From: a bacterium
Lineage (GTDB): Bacteria; Electryoneota; Electryoneia; Electryoneales; Electryoneaceae
Direction: 5' to 3'
DNA: 64,000 bases
Assembly (NCBI GenBank): GCA_963669175.1
Contig: OY769902.1
Coordinates: 4,704,001 to 4,768,000, forward strand
Position numbers and translations under genes: made by a program. The notes under the pieces were generated by a model that saw only the letters and a list, made by a program, of their open reading frames with translations, did not search any database and was not told the DNA's origin. Below, one piece after another: positions 9,593 through 18,311 of the stretch; within the stretch, counting starts at the first letter, position 1, and every line of letters starts with the position of its first letter.

Positions 9593-11752
9593 ATGTTCAG
9601 GCGGCTGGCACTTCTTGCAGGTTGGTTTCTGTTGTTTGCCTCACTGGCCCAGGCTGGTGAAATACTGCATCATTTTCCCCGGGAAGCGGTGCGGAAGATG
9701 ACCGGAACCTTACAGGTCCAGACACAGATGAAGCTTGATCTGCAATCGGGCAAACGTACTTTCTGCACACCGGCCCTGCTGCCACGTGGTAACAACTCCG
9801 AAGCCCTGTCTGATATGCTGGTCTTCGTGCATACTCCCACCTGTCCCGAACCGGCGCAATTGGCTGAATTGGAGAAGCTGAACATCCGGGCGATTCTGGC
9901 AGACTGGATTCCGCCGATGGAGAATCACCCTGACGGCTTTTTCCTGGCGCAGGTTCCGTTGGAGATGCTGGATGAGCTGGCCTTGCTGCCCTGGGTAAGC
10001 TGGCTGGGCAGTGGCGAGCAAGCGCTGTTTCCGCACAATGATCTTGCCGCCCAGGGTACCGGCGCTATCGTTCTACGTGACAGTTCGGATTTTGGCGTGA
10101 CCGGTGCGGGAGTGCGTGTTGGTGTGTTTGATTCCGGCCTGGATGTTACCCATGCGGATTTCCCCGAACCAGTTGTTGCTGTAGATTATTCAGCCTGGCC
10201 GGACAGTGATTTTGTTGTGACCAATACCGTTACCGGACATGGCACTCACACCGCAGGGACGGTGCTGGGACGTGGTGTTTTATCCGGCGGAAAATACTCC
10301 GGCATGGCGCCTGATGCTGAACTGGTGTTTATCAAAATCGGCGATGATGCCGAAGCATTGGAAACATCAGCGGGCGTAGCACATTCCTATATAGCCGCCA
10401 CTGACTATTATAACTGTGACATCACGTCCATGAGCTACGGCTTCTGGAACGATTTTCTCGATGGCAGCATGGAGATGGAACAAGCTGTAGACTATGCGTC
10501 TGAACAGGGCGTACTGGTGTTCTGTTCCGCGGGAAACAGCGCTCAGAATCATTATCACTTCAGTGACACACTTGCTGCTGATGCCAGTAGTGAGTTTATT
10601 CCGCTATCCATTCACAGCAATCCTGATTCCAACTTTGTCCTGATCAATCTGGTTTGTGTGGATGATGCCGATACATCTATTCATAGCCCGTTCAGCCTGA
10701 AATTGTATTATCAGAACATGGATTCCGTTTCATGTATGCTGACCGAACAGGTTCAGAGTCCACGAGGAACAGAATCACGAATCCTGATCAGTGACAACTA
10801 CCAGACATTCACCTGGGATACCTGGTATGTTCAGGTTACCAATGAATCCGGCAGCGATCTGACCTATCACCTGTACCTTAATCTCCAGGAATACATCGCC
10901 CCCGAAAACTGGTCAACCTACAGTTTTGTTAATGCTGATCCCATGTACACCGTCGGCGCTCCGGCTATAGCGGACCAGGCCATTGCAGTTGCTGCGTATA
11001 CCACTCGAACTGTGTACATGGATTATCTCGGGGAAGTTCATGACATGGGCGGATACCTTGAGGATCTCGCCTATTTCAGCAGTATGGGGCCACGCGTGGA
11101 TGGGGTGCAGAAACCCGAAGTCGCTGCACCGGGTCGCTATCTTGTTTCCTGCCGTGACCAGGATGTCGTGCAGATGAACACAAATTTCGACAGGTATATC
11201 TTAACCAACCCACCCGATTCTATAGGTGTTCCGGCTGATTATTACATTGCCCAGGGCACCTCGATGGCCTGCCCCGCGGCCGCCGGAACTGCCGCGCTCC
11301 TGCTGGAGAATGTCGATCCTGAATTCCATCAGGATATTCGTGGGCTGTTGTTAAGCCAGGCGCGTGAAGATGAATTCACCGGCACAACCCCAAATGACAC
11401 CTGGGGATATGGCAAACTGGATGGGGAAGCCGTATGGAATGCGTTCCATACTGATATTGGTGAGAGTGGAAACGACTTCAGCCCTCAACAGTTCCGGCTG
11501 GAGCGGCCCTATCCCAATCCCTTTAACAATAACGTCACTATCAGGTTCCAGATACCTTCTGCATCCACCCTGCTTGTCGAAGTGTATGATGTATTAGGCA
11601 GAAAAGTACAGACGGTATTTTCAGGACGCACATCCACCGGTTTCCATCAATACAATATTGATCTGAGCCAGCATGCCGGTGGAGTGTATTTTGTTCACGC
11701 ACGTACGAACACGGGTCATTTCGCGTCCAGAAGGATCGTTCATATTCCGTAA
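9593..11752 (+). CDS. Secreted S8 (subtilisin-like) peptidase with C-terminal T9SS-type sorting domain
   Basis: Signal peptide; triad FDSG / HGTHTAG / GTSMACP; SSMGPRVDG..KPE; C-terminal PYPNPFN...YDVLGRKV. Confidence 0.9.
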   Translation: MFRRLALLAGWFLLFASLAQAGEILHHFPREAVRKMTGTLQVQTQMKLDLQSGKRTFCTPALLPRGNNSEALSDMLVFVHTPTCPEPAQLAELEKLNIRAILADWIPPMENHPDGFFLAQVPLEMLDELALLPWVSWLGSGEQALFPHNDLAAQGTGAIVLRDSSDFGVTGAGVRVGVFDSGLDVTHADFPEPVVAVDYSAWPDSDFVVTNTVTGHGTHTAGTVLGRGVLSGGKYSGMAPDAELVFIKIGDDAEALETSAGVAHSYIAATDYYNCDITSMSYGFWNDFLDGSMEMEQAVDYASEQGVLVFCSAGNSAQNHYHFSDTLAADASSEFIPLSIHSNPDSNFVLINLVCVDDADTSIHSPFSLKLYYQNMDSVSCMLTEQVQSPRGTESRILISDNYQTFTWDTWYVQVTNESGSDLTYHLYLNLQEYIAPENWSTYSFVNADPMYTVGAPAIADQAIAVAAYTTRTVYMDYLGEVHDMGGYLEDLAYFSSMGPRVDGVQKPEVAAPGRYLVSCRDQDVVQMNTNFDRYILTNPPDSIGVPADYYIAQGTSMACPAAAGTAALLLENVDPEFHQDIRGLLLSQAREDEFTGTTPNDTWGYGKLDGEAVWNAFHTDIGESGNDFSPQQFRLERPYPNPFNNNVTIRFQIPSASTLLVEVYDVLGRKVQTVFSGRTSTGFHQYNIDLSQHAGGVYFVHARTNTGHFASRRIVHIP

Positions 11753-11830
11753 TAGTATTGCTATGCGTGAGAACAAACTGTCATGATATAATCCAACGAA
11801 CGGTTTTCTGGTGATTGGGAAGAAGGATAT

Positions 11831-12021
11831 GGAAAAAGAGGACTGCCTCCTTTCCCTTGGATCAAGTCGTCCCGTTGTGTTTAAAGATTGGGAAAGGTGG
11901 CTGTACCCTTTTTCTTGCGAACAGGCAGGAATCACACGGAAAAGGGGACAGTTTCCTTTTCCATGAATGCTTCATAAGTGTTCTGAATGAGCGCGCGGAA
12001 AAGGATCCCGTCCCCTTTTCC
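11831..12021. repeat. Four ~25-bp REP-like palindromes arranged as two inverted doublets
   Basis: Units 11831-11856, 11890-11914, 11938-11962, 11997-12021; e.g. GGAAAAGGGGACAGTTTCCTTTTCC and GGAAAAGGATCCCGTCCCCTTTTCC. Confidence 0.75.
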
Positions 12022-12097
12022 CGGCAATATCCATTATGACGGAAATAAATTGTGAACAACTGCAGAAAAGACGCAACCACACTCGTGTTTTGAAAAA

Positions 12098-12910
12098 GTG
12101 ATCAGGACAGGTCATTTGCTGGATAAACTGAAAAAACGATTCTGGAGATCAAGAGAAGAATACCCTGGCTTCTTCGCTTCCTGGGGAAATCATTCGCCGG
12201 GTTGGGTCATGGTTTCCCATCTTTTCGGCGGACGTCGCGGTCTCATTCGAATCCTGATCCTGTTGTTACTTATCTTTTTTGTCCGTTCCCAGTTGTTCTG
12301 GTTCTTCCGTGTTGATTCCCAATCCATGGAAAATACTTTACTTCCCGGCGACGTTTTTGTCGTGAACAAAATCGCTTATGGTTTCAGAACCCCGGACTGG
12401 ATTGGGATTGGAGGTACTCCAGTTGGCTTCCGTATGGCCAGCCACTGGCTGTTTCAGATAACCGGTCCCAAGCCTGGCGATATTATCATCTTTCGTCATC
12501 CGGATGATTTTAATGACATATTTGTCAAACGTATCATCGCCACCGGTGGTCAGACAATAGAGATTCGCAACCGTGTTCTCATGGTTGACGGGAAAGAGGT
12601 TCCACCTCCCCCGGAATCCCGTTTCTCCCGCAGTGAGCCACTTCCCGAGTGGGTTGAAGAACAGGATATTTTTCCAGCGGGGGCTGGCAATCGCGACAAC
12701 TACGGTCCTGTTCAGGTTCCTTTCGGGACTGTTTTCGTCATGGGTGACAACTGTGACAATTCCTACGACAGCCGTTTCTGGGGTTTCCTTCCTGAACACA
12801 GGATTCTCGGACGCGCCATGATGATTTTTATTTCCGGGGAGCCTGGAGTCTCTTGGCTGTCACTCTCTGAGAAGCTTCGTTTCTCACGTGTTTTCAGGTG
12901 GATATATTGA
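12098..12910 (+). CDS. lepB: Signal peptidase I
   Basis: SQSMENTLLPGD (catalytic Ser), FVKRII (Lys), MGDNCDNSYDSRFWG; start uncertain. Confidence 0.93.
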   Translation: MIRTGHLLDKLKKRFWRSREEYPGFFASWGNHSPGWVMVSHLFGGRRGLIRILILLLLIFFVRSQLFWFFRVDSQSMENTLLPGDVFVVNKIAYGFRTPDWIGIGGTPVGFRMASHWLFQITGPKPGDIIIFRHPDDFNDIFVKRIIATGGQTIEIRNRVLMVDGKEVPPPPESRFSRSEPLPEWVEEQDIFPAGAGNRDNYGPVQVPFGTVFVMGDNCDNSYDSRFWGFLPEHRILGRAMMIFISGEPGVSWLSLSEKLRFSRVFRWIY

Positions 12911-12925
12911 AATGATATTTTCTTG

Positions 12926-13016
12926 GAAACTAGGGACAGACGGTAGTTTTACAGGATGTAAATCACAATAATACAATACTATAGAATACTAAAAGCTACT
13001 GTCTATCCCTGGTTTC
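12926..13016. repeat. ~90-bp element with 25-bp imperfect inverted arms (REP/MITE-like)
   Basis: Left arm GAAACTAGGGACAGACGGTAGTTTT, right arm AAAAGCTACTGTCTATCCCTGGTTTC; left arm recurs exactly (reverse complement) at 37667-37691. Confidence 0.75.
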
Positions 13017-13046
13017 TGGAGAGTCTCTTTTCGGGTGTGTTTTGTC

Positions 13047-13075
13047 TTGACAGGGTACAAGTGGAAGACTAACTT
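13047..13075 (+). promoter_or_regulatory. Sigma70-type promoter for tRNA-Ala/SRP RNA
   Basis: TTGACA-17 bp-TAACTT, 30 bp upstream of the tRNA. Confidence 0.6.
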
Positions 13076-13105
13076 TGACGTTCGCCTCGGGAAGCGAGGT
13101 ACAGC

Positions 13106-13178
13106 GGGGCTGTAGCTCAGTTGGGAGAGCGATGCGTTCGCAACGCATAGGTCAGCGGTTCGATCCCGCTCAGCTCCA
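13106..13178 (+). tRNA. tRNA-Ala (CGC)
   Basis: GGGGCTG/CAGCTCC acceptor with G3:U70, anticodon arm ATGCG-TTCGCAA-CGCAT, GGTTCGATCC T-arm; full CCA not encoded. Confidence 0.97.
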
Positions 13179-13241
13179 CATGACAGCGTAACCCGGTCAG
13201 CTTTGGCGGACCGGGTTTAGCATGCAGTGGCCTACAGTTTG

Positions 13242-13511
13242 GACGGTGCTCAGGCGGGGAGGTAGCGGTGCCCTACACCTGCAATCCGCTATAGCAGGGC
13301 TGACATCCCCGGTGAGGCCTACCGCCTTTATCTGATCTTTGTCGTTTCCGTGTTGATGGCCGGGTCCCGTGCAAGGACGACTCACCCAACCCCGTCAGAT
13401 CCGAGAGGAAGCAGCGGTCAGTGAACTCGTGCTGTGCCGCGGGGTTGCCTGGCAGGAGCGGAGTGATAAAGTGACGATAGATGGTAGGAGGTCGATCCGG
13501 GGCGCACCGTC
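13242..13511 (+). ncRNA. ffs: Large (Alu-domain) bacterial SRP RNA
   Basis: 5' GCGGGGAGGTAGCGGTGCCCT..ACCTGCAATCCGCT.TAGCAGGGC matches Bacillus-type scRNA Alu domain; helix 8 TCAGATCC-GAGA-GGAAGCAGC; ends GACGGTGC/GCACCGTC pair and are followed by a T-run. Confidence 0.92.
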
Positions 13512-13736
13512 TCTTTTTTATCCCCTTCTTACTTCTCATCCTCGTTGTAATTCCTGAAGTTACAATTCCTCGCAAAGTGAGAAATTCTTGTAGAAAGAAC
13601 CAGAATCTTTCCCGGAGCCTTCTTGCTACCTTTGAGAAAAAAGTCTAATCGAATATTTCTAAGGACTTGACTTTTTCTCGTTGAAAAGCTACGTTTTAGG
13701 CAAAGTTTCTGTCGAAGACAGTGACCAGGGGAGATC

Positions 13737-14075
13737 ATGAACAACAATGTTGAGAATCTGCTCAAGGACATCCTCGAGAGCCAACGGGCGACACAGCGTT
13801 TGGTGCAGTTTCTCGCTCATCGTCAAGCACGCGAACTGATCATCCAACACCTTCCTAAAAGTGTTGAGAAGCGTGTCTATGAACTGTCTGATGGTGCGCG
13901 TTCTTCTCGGGACATCGAGCGGTTGATTGGCAAGGAAGTCACACAGCGTACGGTAGTTACCTGGTGGCAGAAGTGGAAGGAACTTGGGCTGGTTGAGAAC
14001 TCACCGACCTATTCCGGACGTGTGCGTCAATTGATTCCACTTGCCGATCTGGGCATCAACGCAGAAGACGAGTAG
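13737..14075 (+). CDS. Small hypothetical protein with probable winged-HTH domain
   Basis: GGAG RBS; VYELSDG..SSRDIERLIG..VTQRTVVTWWQKWKELGLVE resembles a wHTH. Confidence 0.65.
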   Translation: MNNNVENLLKDILESQRATQRLVQFLAHRQARELIIQHLPKSVEKRVYELSDGARSSRDIERLIGKEVTQRTVVTWWQKWKELGLVENSPTYSGRVRQLIPLADLGINAEDE

Positions 14076-14157
14076 TCTTTTCGTATTCCTCAAAAGCATA
14101 GATGATATGTGCTTCTTTTGAGTGAAGAACAAGAAGACTGTTTTGTTATGATTCTTA

Positions 14158-14180
14158 TCCCCGCCAATGGCGGGTTTTCT
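14158..14180 (+). terminator. Possible intrinsic terminator
   Basis: CCCGCC-AAT-GGCGGG hairpin followed by TTTTCT. Confidence 0.45.
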
Positions 14181-14202
14181 GCTCTATCCTTTTGAGGCGG
14201 GA

Positions 14203-15015
14203 ATGGACAAGCTCCAGGAATACTACGCAACTCACAGAGAATTATTTGCTTCCGTAGCCCATTCTTCAGGCTTTTACAACCTTGGCTGGGTTGGTCCCGC
14301 ATTCCATGGCGATTTTGAGGCTGCCCAGCGTTCCATGGTTCACCGCGTCCTCGAATCATTGCGCCTGTCCCCGAAACCACTCCTGATCGATATCGGTTGT
14401 GGTCAGGGCGCTCCAGCCCTGTTGGCAGCAGAGACATACCAGGCGCAGGTGCTCGGCGTTGATATGCTGAAAGAGCAGATTGCCGAAGCTGAGAACAAAC
14501 GAAAACAGAAGCCTTCCATCTCAGTCACTTTTCTTGTCGGCAGCGCTCAAGCCATACCCGTCACAACCGACAGTGCTGATGGCGCCTACAGTATTGAAAG
14601 CGCTTTCCATTACCCGGACAAGACTGCTTTCCTGCAGGAAGCGGCAAGAATCCTGAAACCGGGTGCGCGTCTGGCTGTTGCGGATATCCTGATAAATGAG
14701 GGATATGAAAAGCACTGGACGCATGGCGGTTTCAAACGTGCGCTTTCCGCGCCAGAGTTATGGACAACTGCTCGGTATCGTGAAGAAGCTGTAAAAGCTG
14801 GGTTTACGCCACTACACGCTTATGATCTCACACGGGGAGTTATGCGTTCGCTAAGGTTGGCAGGTAAGAAGTTGTTCCCAAGAATTCCACGCCTGGTGCG
14901 TGAAGGTCACCCCATTTTTCAGCTATTTTTATTGCAGGCCGGTTTCATTCACCTGCTTTGGACTCATCCGCTGGTTCCTGCGAAATATCGTCTCCTGGTG
15001 TTTCAGAAACGGTAG
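14203..15015 (+). CDS. Class I SAM-dependent methyltransferase (Methyltransf_11-like)
   Basis: LIDIGCGQG motif I, SIESAFHYPD, ARILKPGARL; N-terminal YNLGW. Confidence 0.88.
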   Translation: MDKLQEYYATHRELFASVAHSSGFYNLGWVGPAFHGDFEAAQRSMVHRVLESLRLSPKPLLIDIGCGQGAPALLAAETYQAQVLGVDMLKEQIAEAENKRKQKPSISVTFLVGSAQAIPVTTDSADGAYSIESAFHYPDKTAFLQEAARILKPGARLAVADILINEGYEKHWTHGGFKRALSAPELWTTARYREEAVKAGFTPLHAYDLTRGVMRSLRLAGKKLFPRIPRLVREGHPIFQLFLLQAGFIHLLWTHPLVPAKYRLLVFQKR

Positions 15016-16747
15016 ACTGCTTGTCGTCAATAACACGCCAGGCCATATGTAAACGGTCTTTCGCAATGATATCAAAGATCCCCGTGGCGGCGCTGAAATA
15101 ACGCACCGGGTGTGTCGCTACCGGGGCGATGATAGGTTCATACATCAAATCTACAGGCCGATCAAAGCGAACCTTCCAGGTCGGCCAGGGTCCACCAAGA
15201 AGCGTAATTTCACGCACCTTCTTGATCTGGAGCGGCTTTTCAGCAGACTGATCAATGGCGCCTGCCTGTATCGTTCCGAATATCCCACCCGGCCAGATAA
15301 CAGGAAGCCGATGCGTTACTCTGCCGGGGACAAAGGTCTCAATCGTCAACGCGCCATCCTTCATCTCGATTTCGCGTTTGTACGCCAGTTTCTCTGATGA
15401 TTTCGAAGCTTGAGACCGTGCTGGCGGGAAAAGGCGCGTCGCCGTATCATCGCGACGATCCAGCATTAGGGGATAGCCCGACAAAGCCGGTACAGGCGGT
15501 TCCAACGGAATAGGAACAGCGTTCATCTCACCTTCGCAACTCCACGGATCCCTTGTTGAAACGTGCAACATGGACGCCAGCGTGGGCTGAAACATGGTAT
15601 CCTTGCCAAGCGCCCACGGTCCTTCCATTGTGGAAAGGCTGGCAGCAGACCCGAACACACGAGCCGATCCGCTGGGGTGATGATACATCCAACCGATTCC
15701 TGCGCCGCTACTGAGATGAATGGTCCAGTTCGTTAAGGATAGGATTTGATCGGAAGGCTGTTCTGTCTTCAGTTCATGATATTCATTCTCACGGCGCTCT
15801 TCCCAATCACGACGGGCAGCCAGACCGAACTGCGTGAGATATACCAGTGGTGTCAGATTAGGAATACCAGTATCCAGCATGGCATCGTACCACTGGTTGT
15901 CCCACCCGGCATCCAGGCCTTGGACAAGCTCCATCGCTTCCGGCACATATTCAGCGACCATCTCAAACCCGGCAACCAGGGGCATACAGGCGATGCAGGC
16001 CTCCACTCCCCCGCCAAACATCCCGTTGGGAAGCAAGGATCGACGACAGCGAGCAACCATGCGCGCCCAGATTGCGATCTCTTCTTCTGATGGGTTCCGT
16101 GCTTCCATCACCAGGAAAGCCAACGTCAGCGCCAGAACTCCGGCGTCCAGGCTTCGATTCTGCTCATCATCCAAGGCTTTTTCGATTACCGCGAAAGCTT
16201 CTTTCCGCGCAGATTCAACCTTGGTTATTACTTTCTGATCGTTCGTCCATGTACCCAGCGCCGCAAGCGCGGCAAAATGAACCGACCATGTTTCCAGACC
16301 GGGTGGCGGGTTATGTGACGCCAGGAAACGTCCCACTTTCTTCAGCATTCTTCGGGCACGATCCCGTATCAGACCGGGAACAAGATCACCTAACAGGATG
16401 AGTGTGCGAGTAACAGCATAGGCCCCATAGGCCGTGGAGAGGATATCGTCTTTCTTCCCCGGTATCTGCCTCAGGGCGCCATTGCCTTCCAAGAGAGAAA
16501 ACCACCCGTTTATTGCCCGGGACGCTGAAGATTCGACATCAACTACTTTAGCATCTTTTGGTAACGCGACGCGTAACTTGGCAGCAACCGCAAGCGTCAG
16601 GCAGATCTCCTGATACCGTGGATTGGCAATACCACGCCGGGTATAACCGGTATCCAGAATGCCCTTCTGTCCAGCTTGCTTTGCTCGACTCAAAGCGTGC
16701 CGGATAGCTTGTTTCACCAGTTTTTCGCGTCGTTCGCTACCGTCCAT
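14945..16747 (-). CDS. Hypothetical protein, 600 aa
   Basis: Long ORF starting 4 bp after the murJ stop; no motif recognised. Confidence 0.75.
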   Translation of the reverse strand: MDGSERREKLVKQAIRHALSRAKQAGQKGILDTGYTRRGIANPRYQEICLTLAVAAKLRVALPKDAKVVDVESSASRAINGWFSLLEGNGALRQIPGKKDDILSTAYGAYAVTRTLILLGDLVPGLIRDRARRMLKKVGRFLASHNPPPGLETWSVHFAALAALGTWTNDQKVITKVESARKEAFAVIEKALDDEQNRSLDAGVLALTLAFLVMEARNPSEEEIAIWARMVARCRRSLLPNGMFGGGVEACIACMPLVAGFEMVAEYVPEAMELVQGLDAGWDNQWYDAMLDTGIPNLTPLVYLTQFGLAARRDWEERRENEYHELKTEQPSDQILSLTNWTIHLSSGAGIGWMYHHPSGSARVFGSAASLSTMEGPWALGKDTMFQPTLASMLHVSTRDPWSCEGEMNAVPIPLEPPVPALSGYPLMLDRRDDTATRLFPPARSQASKSSEKLAYKREIEMKDGALTIETFVPGRVTHRLPVIWPGGIFGTIQAGAIDQSAEKPLQIKKVREITLLGGPWPTWKVRFDRPVDLMYEPIIAPVATHPVRYFSAATGIFDIIAKDRLHMAWRVIDDKQSTVSETPGDDISQEPADESKAGE

Positions 16748-16751
16748 TTGC

Positions 16752-18311
16752 CTACCGTTCTGCGATTTTCTTCAATCGTTTTAAATGGTTCCGGCCTGCC
16801 GGAAGGATCAGGCTGATCAGGAACCAGGCGCCAACTGTCACGGCTACCAGGATTATACCATTCAAATAGGGACCAAATCCAAGGGGTAACGCTTTTAATC
16901 CAATAAACAGGATTAACGCCGATCCCCACCAGGTCAACAGGCTCTTCCAGCATTTCCAGGTCAGCTTCCCAGGCAGGAACGGCAGCAGGAACAGGATAGA
17001 GCCAAACTGCGCGAAAGCCTGTGCCAGACCAACACCCGCCAGACCAAAAACCTTTGATAAACCAAAAGCCAGTCCGATATTCAATAATGAAGCTGTTACA
17101 CTGACAAACAGCAACAGACGATTCCGTCCCTGGGCGTTGAATACCCTGAAAACAAGCGGCATGACCAGGCCGGTCCACAAGGCCGGACTCCAGCCGATCA
17201 ACGCTCCCCCGGTTTTTTGTATCGCTTCCGCATCAAATTTGCCATATCCGAATACAATATCTACCACGGTAAACGAGTGAGCCGCCAGCAGGGCGACCAT
17301 CGGTAATAAAATCCAGAGGGTCACATCCAGCATGGATGAAATTTCACGTCCCACATCCTGCATTCGTTTCAGCTCGATCATTTCACTGAATCGTGGCAAT
17401 ACCATTCGCAACAGGATCATCCCTAGTGTCATAGCCGGTGTTTCTACCAGGAAACGTGCGAAATACAACGCAGCAATTGATCCCGCGCCCAATTCCAAAT
17501 CGGAAACAATAGGCTTTTCCAGGAAAACACGAAGCTGTGTCAGAATAGACATCACCAGCAGTGGCCAGTAATCCCGGAAAAACGGCGTCAAAACTTTCCC
17601 GATTCTCCGCATGGTTGGCCGGGCTTTGCCGCGAATCCATTTTCGCGCATCCAGCCACATGGCTATCAGCGCTATCAACAACGAGACACAATAGCCGATA
17701 CTAAGCCATGTCACAGGAAGCCATTCGTTCCCGACAGCTACCGCGATGATGATCGTTCCTGAATTCAGGATAAATGACATCACGGAAAACAGGCGGAACC
17801 TGTGAACGCTCATCAGGATGTAGCCCGCCAGGAAGGTCGCAATCGTCAGGGGAATAGCCGGAGAAATCCAGCGAATCAGTGAGGATACTACCTTTGCCTC
17901 TTCCGGACGATAATTCGGAACCTGAAGAATTGCCATTATTTCCGAGAAGTAGCCCATGAAGAAGGCAACGACTATCCCGGATAAAATCCCTATCCATGCC
18001 AGGCTGCGTATCAGCAAAAGCGAATCATGTCGTAACCCTCGCACCCGCCAGCGTGACAACAGGGCAACCAGAGATACTTCAACATGATTTCCGAACAGGA
18101 CGGCATAGCTGTTTCGGGTCAACTCAAGCGCGACACGGTAGGCATCGGCGACAATTCCGGTGCCAAAGAAATAAGCCAGCAGCATTTCACGGACAAAACC
18201 GGTCGCTTTGCCCATCAGGGTCAGGAAGGTCAGGAACACTCCCTCCCGCAACCATCCGCCCGTGATCGGCCCACTCGCAGCGCTGCCGTTATTTTCCTTC
18301 CTGCTTGCCAT
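16752..18311 (-). CDS. murJ: Lipid II flippase MurJ/MviN family
   Basis: GKATGFVREMLLAYFFGTG..ADAY, many TM segments, FGYGKFD; ATG overlaps the waaF TGA. Confidence 0.85.
   Translation of the reverse strand: MASRKENNGSAASGPITGGWLREGVFLTFLTLMGKATGFVREMLLAYFFGTGIVADAYRVALELTRNSYAVLFGNHVEVSLVALLSRWRVRGLRHDSLLLIRSLAWIGILSGIVVAFFMGYFSEIMAILQVPNYRPEEAKVVSSLIRWISPAIPLTIATFLAGYILMSVHRFRLFSVMSFILNSGTIIIAVAVGNEWLPVTWLSIGYCVSLLIALIAMWLDARKWIRGKARPTMRRIGKVLTPFFRDYWPLLVMSILTQLRVFLEKPIVSDLELGAGSIAALYFARFLVETPAMTLGMILLRMVLPRFSEMIELKRMQDVGREISSMLDVTLWILLPMVALLAAHSFTVVDIVFGYGKFDAEAIQKTGGALIGWSPALWTGLVMPLVFRVFNAQGRNRLLLFVSVTASLLNIGLAFGLSKVFGLAGVGLAQAFAQFGSILFLLPFLPGKLTWKCWKSLLTWWGSALILFIGLKALPLGFGPYLNGIILVAVTVGAWFLISLILPAGRNHLKRLKKIAER

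Noticed and set aside
11831-12021. CRISPR array
   Set aside because: Units alternate in orientation, differ substantially and have uneven spacing; no cas genes in the window.
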